Below are positions 21,240 through 29,842 of a stretch of DNA of 64,000 bases, piece by piece. Source of the stretch: a virus; IMG/VR virus record IMGVR_UViG_3300023174_000104, positions 1 through 64,000 of that record; one strand, written 5' to 3'. Numbering within the stretch: position 1 is the first letter of the stretch; every line of letters begins with the position of its first letter. The position numbers and the translations under genes were made by a program. The notes below the pieces were generated by a model, which saw only the letters and a list, made by a program, of their open reading frames with translations, did not search any database and was not told the DNA's origin.

Positions 21240-21606
21240 AATTCGTTGTCTGAGTTTGTCAGACCTCCTTGAAGATGCGTGTAAGAACGCTGATGGATCT
21301 GGAGTAAGCATAGTTAGTGATAACTATGGAATACCGAGAGGGCAATCGACAAAGCGAACCCTCAACAAGCTCACCCCTACTTTATCTTTGCGGGGTGAGA
21401 AGTGCGTTGCTGAAGAATCAATTGAAAGATCATTGATAGCTTCACTACAGTCCCATAACTTTACAGAGCAACCGGTAGCGTTTAGTAGCATCAAATAGCT
21501 AATTAGACGGGGAAAAGATGACAAAGGATGACGGGCATGGCAAATACCCTTAACCATTGGTAGTGCTGAATAGCACTACCATGGCTTTCTAAGCGGCAAT
21601 TGAATT
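21240..21606 (+). ncRNA. Putative large structured non-coding RNA (~365 nt)
   Basis: Locally GC-richer intergenic block with at least 8 hairpins, e.g. catagtta/taactatg 21309-21328, ctcacccc/ggggtgag 21370-21399, tggtagtgct/agcactacca near 21558-21581. The 5' and 3' ends can pair. G-U pairs favour the plus strand. Confidence 0.65.
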
Positions 21607-21649
21607 AATTAAATATAAACTCTTTATAAACAATAGATTACCGTAAAAA

Positions 21650-21693
21650 CTAAGAACGAACGAAGTGAGTTCTTAGATGAACGAAGTTCATCT
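21650..21693. other. Twin inverted repeats, one with a C-GAA-G triloop, after an AT-rich tract
   Basis: ctaagaac/gttcttag (21650-21676) and agatgaac-GAA-gttcatct (21675-21693). Confidence 0.7.
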
Positions 21694-21738
21694 TTACAAT
21701 AGAAATAAGAATATATAAACCTAATTTTCAATAAATGA

Positions 21739-22236
21739 CTAATTACGGGCTCTCTTACTTAAACTAATACGTGCTTTTGTTATATCACTAGTGGGCCCTT
21801 TTTTTCTGCCTAATAACTTTTCACGTATTTTTGTTTTTGTTTCTTCACTCAATTGCTTTCTAGTTGATCCTTTTTGTCTTTCAGATTGTCTTTGATTTGA
21901 TTCCGGTGAATGTTTAATTACTCCTTTTAAACCCTTATTCCAAGCATGTTGACCTTTTCTGGCGCCGCCGTCACCCTCTTCTGGTTTTAAATTTGCCCAT
22001 GTAACATCTTCAACTACATTCCATAAATTACTATAATGTTGGCCCCAGTATTTTATTTCTGAGTTGTCATTACATTCTTTAAGAATTTCTGTAGTTACGT
22101 CATAGCCGTGTTTTTTTATATGGCGCATCCATATAGTACCTGAACCTTTATATTCATGAGGGTTGGGATTTATTGTTTTTCCAAGATATTTAAGACCAGT
22201 AATGTTGTGGGTCTTTTTATACAAATAAATAGTCAT
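21739..22236 (-). CDS. Free-standing GIY-YIG (Seg-like) homing endonuclease with NUMOD3-like repeats
   Basis: IYLYKKTHNITGLKYLGKT...YKGSG...WANLKPEEGDGG, then AWNKG, HSPES and LSEETK repeats. Start ATG 22236 with AAGGAG. Confidence 0.85.
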   Translation of the reverse strand: MTIYLYKKTHNITGLKYLGKTINPNPHEYKGSGTIWMRHIKKHGYDVTTEILKECNDNSEIKYWGQHYSNLWNVVEDVTWANLKPEEGDGGARKGQHAWNKGLKGVIKHSPESNQRQSERQKGSTRKQLSEETKTKIREKLLGRKKGPTSDITKARISLSKRARN

Positions 22237-22303
22237 GCTGATGCTCCTTAATAGCGTTAGAGTAGTTGGGATGTACGAAGTCCGCGAACTACACAAATAT
22301 TTA
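22226..22303. promoter_or_regulatory. Conserved endonuclease leader element, copy 2, flanked by convergent TAAATA motifs
   Basis: Minus strand: TAAATA-N5-GTAGTTCGCGGACTTCGTACATCCCAACTACTCTAACGCTATTAAGGAGCATCAGC-ATG. Plus-strand TAAATA at 22226-22231. Confidence 0.85.
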
Positions 22304-22317
22304 TTCCAAATCAGTAC

Positions 22318-22494
22318 TTAGAAGTATGGTAGCCCTGATTTCTTAGTAATATCTAAGTTATCTTCTATTAATTTTGATATGGCTTTACGTTCATCACTAG
22401 ACATATTCAACACATCTTCATATGAAGCACCTCCACGCATATGCCAAGCCATACGTATAGCATGTTCTTTTATGTTAGTAATCTCTGACTCCAT
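22318..22494 (-). CDS. Small 58-aa ORF (gp51-like/tail-chaperone C-terminal part), probably also the -1 frameshift extension of the upstream gene
   Basis: Not in the ORF track. Reads MESEITNIKEHAIRMAWHMRGGASYEDVLNMSSDERKAISKLIEDNLDITKKSGLPYF; the frame stays open back to the slippery site at 22548-22554. Confidence 0.65.
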   Translation of the reverse strand: MESEITNIKEHAIRMAWHMRGGASYEDVLNMSSDERKAISKLIEDNLDITKKSGLPYF

Positions 22495-22541
22495 ATTGTC
22501 AATAAGCTTCTGGATATCTTCAGAGGTAAGATATAGAAGCT

Positions 22542-23363
22542 TTAACCGAAAAAATCGGTTACATTAAGTGTAAGAGTCTGTTCATATTGATGTTGGCAGT
22601 GGATACACTTTACCATTAATGGTTTAAGTTGAGCACTTTCACGTAATTTAATTGCTGTATTTTTTAAATTATCAAATGTTTTTTTATCCGTATTTCTTAA
22701 AAAATCATTGATATGTTCTTTTTCAGTAACAATTTCGTTAGGTGTAGAAATTGAATCAATGGTTTCTGTAATTAACTTCATACTTAGTTCATTAAGATTT
22801 TTCATTGTTTGTCCGGAAATACGTAGTCGTTCTTCACCGTCAGTAATATTTTCAATATTTCTGATTGTTTTTTCAATTTCAAATTGAACTAAGTTAATTT
22901 CATTTACCTTTTTATATGATATTGGATTGAATTTAATTATTAAGTCATTAATTTTAATCACATCATCATATTCTGGTTTTAAGTTACTAAGTAAACCTAC
23001 CAAGTTAATATTATATGATGCATCTTTTTCACATGAGGGGCATACAGATTCTACGTCTAACATATTTCCACTAGAAGCTACACGTATAGATATTAGTATT
23101 GCATCTAAATCTATTGCGGGTATAGCCCATGGATCTTTAATATTAGGAACACAGCTTTTAATAATTTCAGTTATTGCAATACCATTGAATAGTGCGTCCG
23201 GGGTTTTGCTTGTAATTTCATCTATAGCAGTCATGGGATATACCGGTAATTCTTTATTATCAGGTAGATCAATGGTGCCCTCCGGATAATACTTACCTTC
23301 GCTAGGTAATTTTACATAGATTGCAGGTCTACGAAAATATTGTTTTAGTGGGTTAGTGTTCAT
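22542..23363 (-). CDS. Baseplate hub assembly chaperone, gp26-like
   Basis: YVKLPSEGKYY...YPMTAIDE...DLDAILISIRVAS, CPSC and CIHC Zn pairs, ends DFFG. Start ATG 23363 with GGAGA SD. Confidence 0.75.
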   Translation of the reverse strand: MNTNPLKQYFRRPAIYVKLPSEGKYYPEGTIDLPDNKELPVYPMTAIDEITSKTPDALFNGIAITEIIKSCVPNIKDPWAIPAIDLDAILISIRVASSGNMLDVESVCPSCEKDASYNINLVGLLSNLKPEYDDVIKINDLIIKFNPISYKKVNEINLVQFEIEKTIRNIENITDGEERLRISGQTMKNLNELSMKLITETIDSISTPNEIVTEKEHINDFLRNTDKKTFDNLKNTAIKLRESAQLKPLMVKCIHCQHQYEQTLTLNVTDFFG

Positions 23364-23393
23364 TTTTTCTCCAAATATGTGTTTTTTGTAATC

Positions 23394-23414
23394 ATAAATA
23401 CTATTAATATTTAG
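23394..23414. promoter_or_regulatory. Opposed late promoters serving the divergent gp26-like and tape measure genes
   Basis: ATAAATA on plus (23394-23400) and CTAAATA on minus (23408-23414). The T4 late consensus is TATAAATA. Confidence 0.6.
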
Positions 23415-23427
23415 TGGGTAAAACAGT

Positions 23428-26196
23428 ATGGATAATAATATTGAAATTGATGAATTAATTAAAGCTCTTAGAGAAGCCACTGAGGTAGAACGGGAAAAAA
23501 CTGAAGTTACTAAAAGGTCTGCAGAACAGCAAGAAAAAGACCTACAAAACGCAATTGAACAATCTGCTGGATATACTAGAATTAACGGTAAACTAGTTAA
23601 ACAAGAAGAACAGCGAATTCAACTAGAAGCCAAACTTAATAAAGAATTAGAACAACAATTTGGAGCAGGAAAATTACGTGCTGATAAACAAGAAGCATTA
23701 TTTAATCAGCAATTAAAGCAACTAAACTACATGATTGATAGCAATGGTAAACTTGCTAAAACTAGTGTAGAACTTAATTCTTATCAACAAAAATTAATTA
23801 CTAGTGTAAAGAAACTAGCTGAAGAGGACGAAAGACGGTTAAAAAGTAAAGATAATATAATCCCTGAGTTAAAAAAGGGTTTAGCAGAGATAGGCAAAGC
23901 ATCATTTGGTGTTGCTACTAATCTAGCAAAAGGTGAAACCAGTTTTACTACGTTATTTCCATTAATGGATTCATTGGCTAGTGCGACTAGTGCTGTGGGT
24001 AAAGGTCTTTTAGGCATGATACCAGTTGTTGGTGGATTTGCCGCAGCTTTTTTTGAAGCTAGTACAAAAATAGCATTGGAAGGAAGTAAATTTCTTATAG
24101 AAATGCTAGAGAAAAGTGTTAAAGACTTTCAAGAAATGGGAAATGCGGGAGCTTTAATTAGTGGAGGAATGACCGCTCTTAATGATCAGATTTTAAAAGC
24201 CGGCATGACAACTGACGGGTTCAAAAAAGTAATAAAAGAAAGTGCTACTACATTGGCAGCTTGGAAGGGAACAGTGGGAGAAGGTGCTAGAGTATTTTCT
24301 GAGGCTATAGGAGAGTTATCATTAAAAGGCGCAGGTGATGACTTACGAAAATTAGGTTTCACTGCGGATCAAATGGGTGAATCGGCAGCGGCATTTTTAG
24401 AGCAAGAAATACGTTTGGGTCGTGGTAGAAACATGTCTCAAAAACAATTGGTAGAAGGTACTATCCGATATGCCAAAGAATTAGATTTACTAAGTAAAGT
24501 TACTGGGTTGAGCAGAGAGGATGCTCAAAAGCAACGTGATGAATTATTATCTGATAGTAGATATAGAGCCTCAATTGAGGGGATGAATAAAGAAAATCAA
24601 AACGCCCTTAACGGTTTGATTATGAGATTTAAAGATCCAAACTTAAAACGTGGTTTAATGGATTTGGCATCCGGAGCTATTACTACAAAAGACGCCGGTA
24701 TGTTAATCACTTCATTTGGTGACACAGCCTCTGATGCCATTCAATCTCTTAAAGATGCTTCACCCGAAGAGTTACCTAAAGTTCTTGATAAGGTAATGCT
24801 TGATTTTCAAAATTCTGCGAAAACCAATAAAGAGATGTTTGGTGAAGTATACAAATATTTAGAACCGGGTACAATGATTAATGCCGCAACAATTTTTGAT
24901 ATTGCATCCGGTAAATATACAACATCTATGGTACAGGCAAAAGAATCACAAGATGCACAGATAAAAAATACAGATAAATTAACTGAACAAACAATTGATG
25001 CTCAGAAAAATATGGAACTATTAAGTAGGAACATGAGAGAGTTGGCAAATGAACAGTTGCCAAAAGCATCAGAAGCAGTTGCATATTTTACTAAAAAATT
25101 ATATGAAGCAGTTTCAACAATTTTTGGTGGTCCTGTAGGAGAAGGCAAAACTATTGCGACTAAAGAAGAAGCAGATAAAAATGTTGAAAATGCACAGCGA
25201 AAATTAGAAAATGCTCAAAAAAATAATGATAAAGTAGCTGAAACAAAAGCACGGCAAGAACTTGAAGCCGCAAAAAATGCTAGAGATTTAGCAGAAATTG
25301 CTAGAAGAAATAGACAACAACCCGGCGCCGGTAAACCAGTAACACCAAACGGAACTACTAATCCCGCACCTACTCCTACTCCTACTCCTACTCCTACTCC
25401 TGTACCGGGCACTACACCTGCAAAACCTGCGCCTACTCCTGTACCAGGTACTAAACCTTCAACACCCACTCCTACTCCTGCACAGGGCACTAATCCTAAT
25501 AAAAAAACTGCAGACCAATTAGTTACATTTGGTTCAGGATCAGGTGATAAAGCTCACTTTGATATGTTAGACCCAACTGTACGTGATTCATTTATGAAAA
25601 TGATTGAGGAATATGGAAAATCTGTAAAAATTACCTCATCATTCCGAAGTTTTGAAGAACAAAAAGCATTATGGGATAAGGCCAGATCAGGCCCAACTCC
25701 TGATGTACGTATGCAAGACAATGGCATGCCGGTAGCAAGACCGGGCACAAGTAAGCATGAACAAAAAATGGCTATAGATTTATCAAAGTCTGATGCATTA
25801 GACTTTTATAACACAACTAAACGTAATGGGTCTGATCTGTTGAACAAGTATGGATTTAACTACGATCCAATAAAAGATGCTGTACATTTTGAAAAGGCTA
25901 GATTTGGTGGTATGTTTGATGGACCAGAATCTGGATACCCGGTTATGCTTCACGGTGAAGAAGCTGTAGTACCTAAACCTGATTTCACTGAACTTAAACA
26001 AACGATGAGTGAAGTATCTAAAAGTAGTTTAGCAACTGCAATGCCAAATCCTGTAACACAGAATAATGTTACCGATCCTGTACAGTCATTAAAAGCTCTA
26101 CATAATATTATGTCAGACAAATTTGATCAAATGATAAGTGTAATGGAAAAAAGCACCGATATACAATATAGAATATTAAACAATTCAATGGTTTAA
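23428..26196 (+). CDS. Tape measure protein with Pro/Thr linker and C-terminal M15/VanY-like peptidoglycan peptidase
   Basis: Long helical Ala/Leu/Gln-rich body, PTPTPT linker, then ITSSFRSFEEQ...PGTSKHEQKMAIDL...DAVHFE (SxHxxxxAxD...H Zn-peptidase motif). Confidence 0.75.
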   Translation: MDNNIEIDELIKALREATEVEREKTEVTKRSAEQQEKDLQNAIEQSAGYTRINGKLVKQEEQRIQLEAKLNKELEQQFGAGKLRADKQEALFNQQLKQLNYMIDSNGKLAKTSVELNSYQQKLITSVKKLAEEDERRLKSKDNIIPELKKGLAEIGKASFGVATNLAKGETSFTTLFPLMDSLASATSAVGKGLLGMIPVVGGFAAAFFEASTKIALEGSKFLIEMLEKSVKDFQEMGNAGALISGGMTALNDQILKAGMTTDGFKKVIKESATTLAAWKGTVGEGARVFSEAIGELSLKGAGDDLRKLGFTADQMGESAAAFLEQEIRLGRGRNMSQKQLVEGTIRYAKELDLLSKVTGLSREDAQKQRDELLSDSRYRASIEGMNKENQNALNGLIMRFKDPNLKRGLMDLASGAITTKDAGMLITSFGDTASDAIQSLKDASPEELPKVLDKVMLDFQNSAKTNKEMFGEVYKYLEPGTMINAATIFDIASGKYTTSMVQAKESQDAQIKNTDKLTEQTIDAQKNMELLSRNMRELANEQLPKASEAVAYFTKKLYEAVSTIFGGPVGEGKTIATKEEADKNVENAQRKLENAQKNNDKVAETKARQELEAAKNARDLAEIARRNRQQPGAGKPVTPNGTTNPAPTPTPTPTPTPVPGTTPAKPAPTPVPGTKPSTPTPTPAQGTNPNKKTADQLVTFGSGSGDKAHFDMLDPTVRDSFMKMIEEYGKSVKITSSFRSFEEQKALWDKARSGPTPDVRMQDNGMPVARPGTSKHEQKMAIDLSKSDALDFYNTTKRNGSDLLNKYGFNYDPIKDAVHFEKARFGGMFDGPESGYPVMLHGEEAVVPKPDFTELKQTMSEVSKSSLATAMPNPVTQNNVTDPVQSLKALHNIMSDKFDQMISVMEKSTDIQYRILNNSMV

Positions 26197-26223
26197 TACT
26201 AAATACTAAACAAAGTATCTACT

Positions 26224-28014
26224 ATGACCTATAAAAAACGTTTCTCAAATAAATCTGGCATGTCCAGTCCCATCTCTGGGTTTAATAATAACACCGGAGC
26301 TTGGAATGGTAGTCCTGGGCAAAACGGTAGTGATACCGGAGGATATAACAATGCTGAAATGGGCTATAAAAACTATCGTAGCCGTCTTCCAGAAGTATAT
26401 ACAGGTCATCCAAATCGTATTGAACGATATAATCAATATGAAATGATGGATGTTGATGCTGAGATTAATGCATGTTTGGACATCATTAGTGAATTCAGTA
26501 CACAAACAAATGACCATAATAAAACTCCCTTTGATTTAGATTTCAAAGACGATCCAACACAACATGAAGTTGAACTATTAAAAACTCAACTACAACAATG
26601 GTGTAAACTCAATGAGTTTGACACTAGAACATTTAAAATCTTCCGTAATACTATTAAGTTTGGTGATCAGGTATTTGTACGTGACCCGGAAAACTTTAAG
26701 TTATATTGGATAGATATGACTAAAGTTATTAAAGTTATTGTTAACGAAAGTGAAGGTAAAAAGCCCGAACAATATGTTATTAAAGATATTAACATTAACC
26801 TACAAAACTTAAGTGTAGCACAAAAAACAAATACAGACTTTGCCGCTAATCCAGCAACTGGTTTAGGTGGTACAGGTGGCGGAGCACAAGGTGGTGGCTA
26901 TACAGTTCCAAGTATGCCATATAATACATCAGGTAGTCGTTTTACATTAGGTCAAAGTGAAAGTGCTATTGATGCTAAACATATTGTTCATCTAAGCTTA
27001 ACAGAAGGTCTTGACCGCTTTTGGCCATTTGGTCAAAGTATTTTAGAAAACATCTTTAAAGTCTATAAGCAAAAAGAATTACTAGAAGATGCGGTATTAA
27101 TTTATCGTGTACAACGTGCTCCGGAACGTAGAATGTTTAAGATTGATGTTGGTAACATGCCAAGTCACTTAGCTATGGCTTTTGTTGAACGTATTAAGAA
27201 TGAGATTCATCAAAGACGTATTCCAAGTACACATGGTGGTGGTAGTGTAGTTGATGCTAGTTATAACCCATTAAGTATGAATGAAGATTACTTCTTCCCG
27301 GTTACTGCTGACGGAAGAGGATCAAGTGTTGAAGTATTACCCGGCGGACAGAATTTGGGTGAGATTGATGACTTGCGTTATTTTAACAACAGATTAGCAC
27401 GTGGTTTACGTGTGCCAAGTAGCTATCTTCCAACTGGGCCTGATGATAATCCTACTCCATTAAGTGATGGACGTGTTGGTACAGCTATGATTCAGGAGTT
27501 TCGTTTCAATCAATATTGCGAACGACTACAAAAGTATATTAGTCAAAAGTTAGATGAAGAATTTAAGTTATTCTTACGTTGGAGAGGGTTGAATATTGAT
27601 AGTGGTTTATTCCAATTACAGTTTAACCCACCGCAAAACTTTGCCGCTTATCGTCAAAGTGAATTAGATACTGCACGTATTGGTTCATTTAGTGCTATTG
27701 AACAGTATCCATATATAAGTAAGCGTTTTGCATTAGAGAGATTCTTGGGATTAACTGAAGAAGAAATTACTAAAAACGAAAAGATGTGGCGTGAAGAAAA
27801 TGACAAAGAGATTGAGATTGAGCCACAAGGTAATGATTTACGTAGTATTGGTGTATCAGTGGGTGATATTGAATCTGATACCCAAACCGGTGAAGATATG
27901 AATACACCTGAACCAGAAGATGGTTTAGATGGTATGGAAGTAGCCGGACCTGTTGGTAATGAAGCTGGAGGCATGGCAGGAAATGTGCCTGGTGGTGCTC
28001 CTGGACAGATATAA
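26224..28014 (+). CDS. gp20: Portal protein
   Basis: LLEDAVLIYRVQRAPERRMFKIDVGNMP...EDYFFP...LPGGQNLGEIDDLRYF, T4 gp20 signature. Confidence 0.95.
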   Translation: MTYKKRFSNKSGMSSPISGFNNNTGAWNGSPGQNGSDTGGYNNAEMGYKNYRSRLPEVYTGHPNRIERYNQYEMMDVDAEINACLDIISEFSTQTNDHNKTPFDLDFKDDPTQHEVELLKTQLQQWCKLNEFDTRTFKIFRNTIKFGDQVFVRDPENFKLYWIDMTKVIKVIVNESEGKKPEQYVIKDININLQNLSVAQKTNTDFAANPATGLGGTGGGAQGGGYTVPSMPYNTSGSRFTLGQSESAIDAKHIVHLSLTEGLDRFWPFGQSILENIFKVYKQKELLEDAVLIYRVQRAPERRMFKIDVGNMPSHLAMAFVERIKNEIHQRRIPSTHGGGSVVDASYNPLSMNEDYFFPVTADGRGSSVEVLPGGQNLGEIDDLRYFNNRLARGLRVPSSYLPTGPDDNPTPLSDGRVGTAMIQEFRFNQYCERLQKYISQKLDEEFKLFLRWRGLNIDSGLFQLQFNPPQNFAAYRQSELDTARIGSFSAIEQYPYISKRFALERFLGLTEEEITKNEKMWREENDKEIEIEPQGNDLRSIGVSVGDIESDTQTGEDMNTPEPEDGLDGMEVAGPVGNEAGGMAGNVPGGAPGQI

Positions 28015-28027
28015 GATAAATAAATAT

Positions 28028-28252
28028 ATGAAATTATTTGAGATGTTTACTCCTGCTATTGAAGGTTATCAAGATGTTGAGTCTGATAACAGCAAACCAA
28101 AGTGGAGAGAAAGCCGCAAAACTAAATTAACATTACGTCAGATTCGTAAATTGCGTAAGATGAATGATGTTAGAAATTATGAAAAGGCTAACTATCTTAA
28201 AAAGATTCATGCACAATATAGTCAGCCAAAACCTGATCAACCTCAACTATAA
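28028..28252 (+). CDS. Small basic head-module protein
   Basis: 74-aa ORF MKLFEMF...RKTKLTLRQIRKLRKM right after the portal; TAAATA 5 nt before the ATG. Confidence 0.65.
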   Translation: MKLFEMFTPAIEGYQDVESDNSKPKWRESRKTKLTLRQIRKLRKMNDVRNYEKANYLKKIHAQYSQPKPDQPQL

Positions 28253-28255
28253 TAG

Positions 28256-28834
28256 TTAAATTCCTATTATCCAACCCTTAACTGAATTTAATTTTCCTCT
28301 AACTAATTGGCTTATGTTACCTTGAGATGATTCTAGGTTGTATTTTTTAATAAAGTTAGACATTGATAATCTTTCAGTTTTTCCCGATTCAATATGTTTC
28401 CAATTATGAATTTCTCCGTTTTTTCTTTTGGGAATAGATTTCTTTTTAGGGATTTGTCCCGGTTTTAGAAAATGATGTGTGCCATTTTGAACTCTATCTG
28501 ATGCATGGGACGTACCGTCTTTCCTTCGCATAAGATTATGCGTTCCATTTTCAATTCTTTTTAAATTCTGTAAACTGTTTAATTCAGCTATCTGATTATA
28601 AGGTAATTTCATTTTTTGTGCTAATAAAAAACAAGCACCAAAATCTTGTTGAGAATAATGAATATCATAATGTTCTTTAAGTGATACTGCTATTATATTA
28701 TTTGGCTTATTATTGTAGTGATTCCCGTCAATATGATGGATTTCATAACTACGACCGTTATCTTCTTTTGGAATAGGACCGTAATGATTTTCATAAATCT
28801 TGCGATATTTGGTTGTTCCGCAATAAATACACAT
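28256..28834 (-). CDS. Free-standing HNH homing endonuclease (family A)
   Basis: YRKIYENHYG...YEIHHIDGNHYNNKPNNI...HYDIH; paralog of 16174-16758. Confidence 0.85.
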   Translation of the reverse strand: MCIYCGTTKYRKIYENHYGPIPKEDNGRSYEIHHIDGNHYNNKPNNIIAVSLKEHYDIHYSQQDFGACFLLAQKMKLPYNQIAELNSLQNLKRIENGTHNLMRRKDGTSHASDRVQNGTHHFLKPGQIPKKKSIPKRKNGEIHNWKHIESGKTERLSMSNFIKKYNLESSQGNISQLVRGKLNSVKGWIIGI

Positions 28835-28902
28835 GCTGATTGCTCCTTGTAAGCGTTAGAGTAGTTGGGGATTCCCGTCCCGTGAACTACATTTTCTACT
28901 TA
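28824..28902. promoter_or_regulatory. Conserved endonuclease leader element, copy 3, flanked by convergent TAARTA motifs
   Basis: Minus strand: TAAGTA-N6-GTAGTTCACGGGACGGGAATCCCCAACTACTCTAACGCTTACAAGGAGCAATCAGC-ATG. Plus-strand TAAATA at 28824-28829. Confidence 0.85.
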
Positions 28903-29000
28903 TTCTCCTCAAAAACGTAAAAAATACAGCGTTATTAGACATTTTTTGTTAACTGTGCATAAGTACAATACACAAAGCCATTTACTTAGGAGAAAATTCA

Positions 29001-29828
29001 ATGGATAATAAAAAATTTGAACAACTTATTGATTTGATTATCAATGAGAATGAAGAACAAGCTAAAGCATTGTTTCACGATATCGTGGTTGAAAAGTCAC
29101 GTGAAATTTATGAATCAATGATGGATGAAGAGCAAATGATGAACCAGCCTTCTGGTCAAGTACAAGATTTACTAGATGAAATCGGTAGTGAAGAAGAAGG
29201 TATGGCAGAAGCCGAAGATGAAGAATTTGACATTTCTGATATGGATGATGACGGTGAAGAAACTGTTGACATTGATATGGACGATGAAGAAGGTGACATG
29301 GAAGGTAAAGAAGGTTTAGAAGACCGTGTTGTTGACCTAGAAGATAAATTAGACCAGTTAATGGCTGAGTTTGAAGATATCATGGGTGGTGATGATATGG
29401 GTAGTGACGACATGGGTGACATGGGTGGTGACGACATGGACGCTGGTGAAGAAGACATGGACGCTGATGAAGAAGAAGCCGCTATGATGGAAGCTATCAC
29501 ACTAAAGAAAGTTTCTGTAACACACGGTGACAATGGTGTTCAAACAAAAAGCACAAACTTAAATAACAGTGGTCAAGCTGGTATGGATTCTAAGCCAGTT
29601 AAGTTCAGTGGTCAATCTGAAGCAGTTCCAACAGGACCAAAAGGCCCAAGTAATGCATATGCAAAAGGTGAGACAAGTGTTAAAGGTGCAGGATCATTTA
29701 AGAATGCTCCAGCACAAAACAATGCTGATTTAACAGCTGCACCTAAGCCAGTAACTAAAGACGAAGCAGGTAAAGTTCGTAGCCCAGTAGCAGAGTCACG
29801 TAAGACTCCTGCTAAAAGACGCATTTAA
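29001..29828 (+). CDS. Acidic prohead core protein (gp67/gp68-like by position)
   Basis: Extremely Asp/Glu-rich, immediately upstream of the prohead protease; AGGAG SD. Confidence 0.6.
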   Translation: MDNKKFEQLIDLIINENEEQAKALFHDIVVEKSREIYESMMDEEQMMNQPSGQVQDLLDEIGSEEEGMAEAEDEEFDISDMDDDGEETVDIDMDDEEGDMEGKEGLEDRVVDLEDKLDQLMAEFEDIMGGDDMGSDDMGDMGGDDMDAGEEDMDADEEEAAMMEAITLKKVSVTHGDNGVQTKSTNLNNSGQAGMDSKPVKFSGQSEAVPTGPKGPSNAYAKGETSVKGAGSFKNAPAQNNADLTAAPKPVTKDEAGKVRSPVAESRKTPAKRRI

Positions 29829-29842
29829 GGAATCTGAGAGCA

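Noticed and set aside
21256-21557. 80-aa plus and 77-aa minus ORFs in the structured region
   Set aside because: No SD or recognisable motifs; the dense base pairing is better explained by non-coding structure.
23364-23480. Upstream start extensions given by the ORF track (also 16800, 22296, 32890, 35766, 48428, 62469)
   Set aside because: They overlap promoters, leader elements or neighbouring genes; the downstream ATGs fit SD or promoter spacing, or paralog N-termini, better.
16759-28890. CRISPR-like or guide-RNA array reading of the three conserved elements
   Set aside because: The copies are dispersed singly, kilobases apart, with only 6-9 nt variable loops and no spacer-repeat periodicity.
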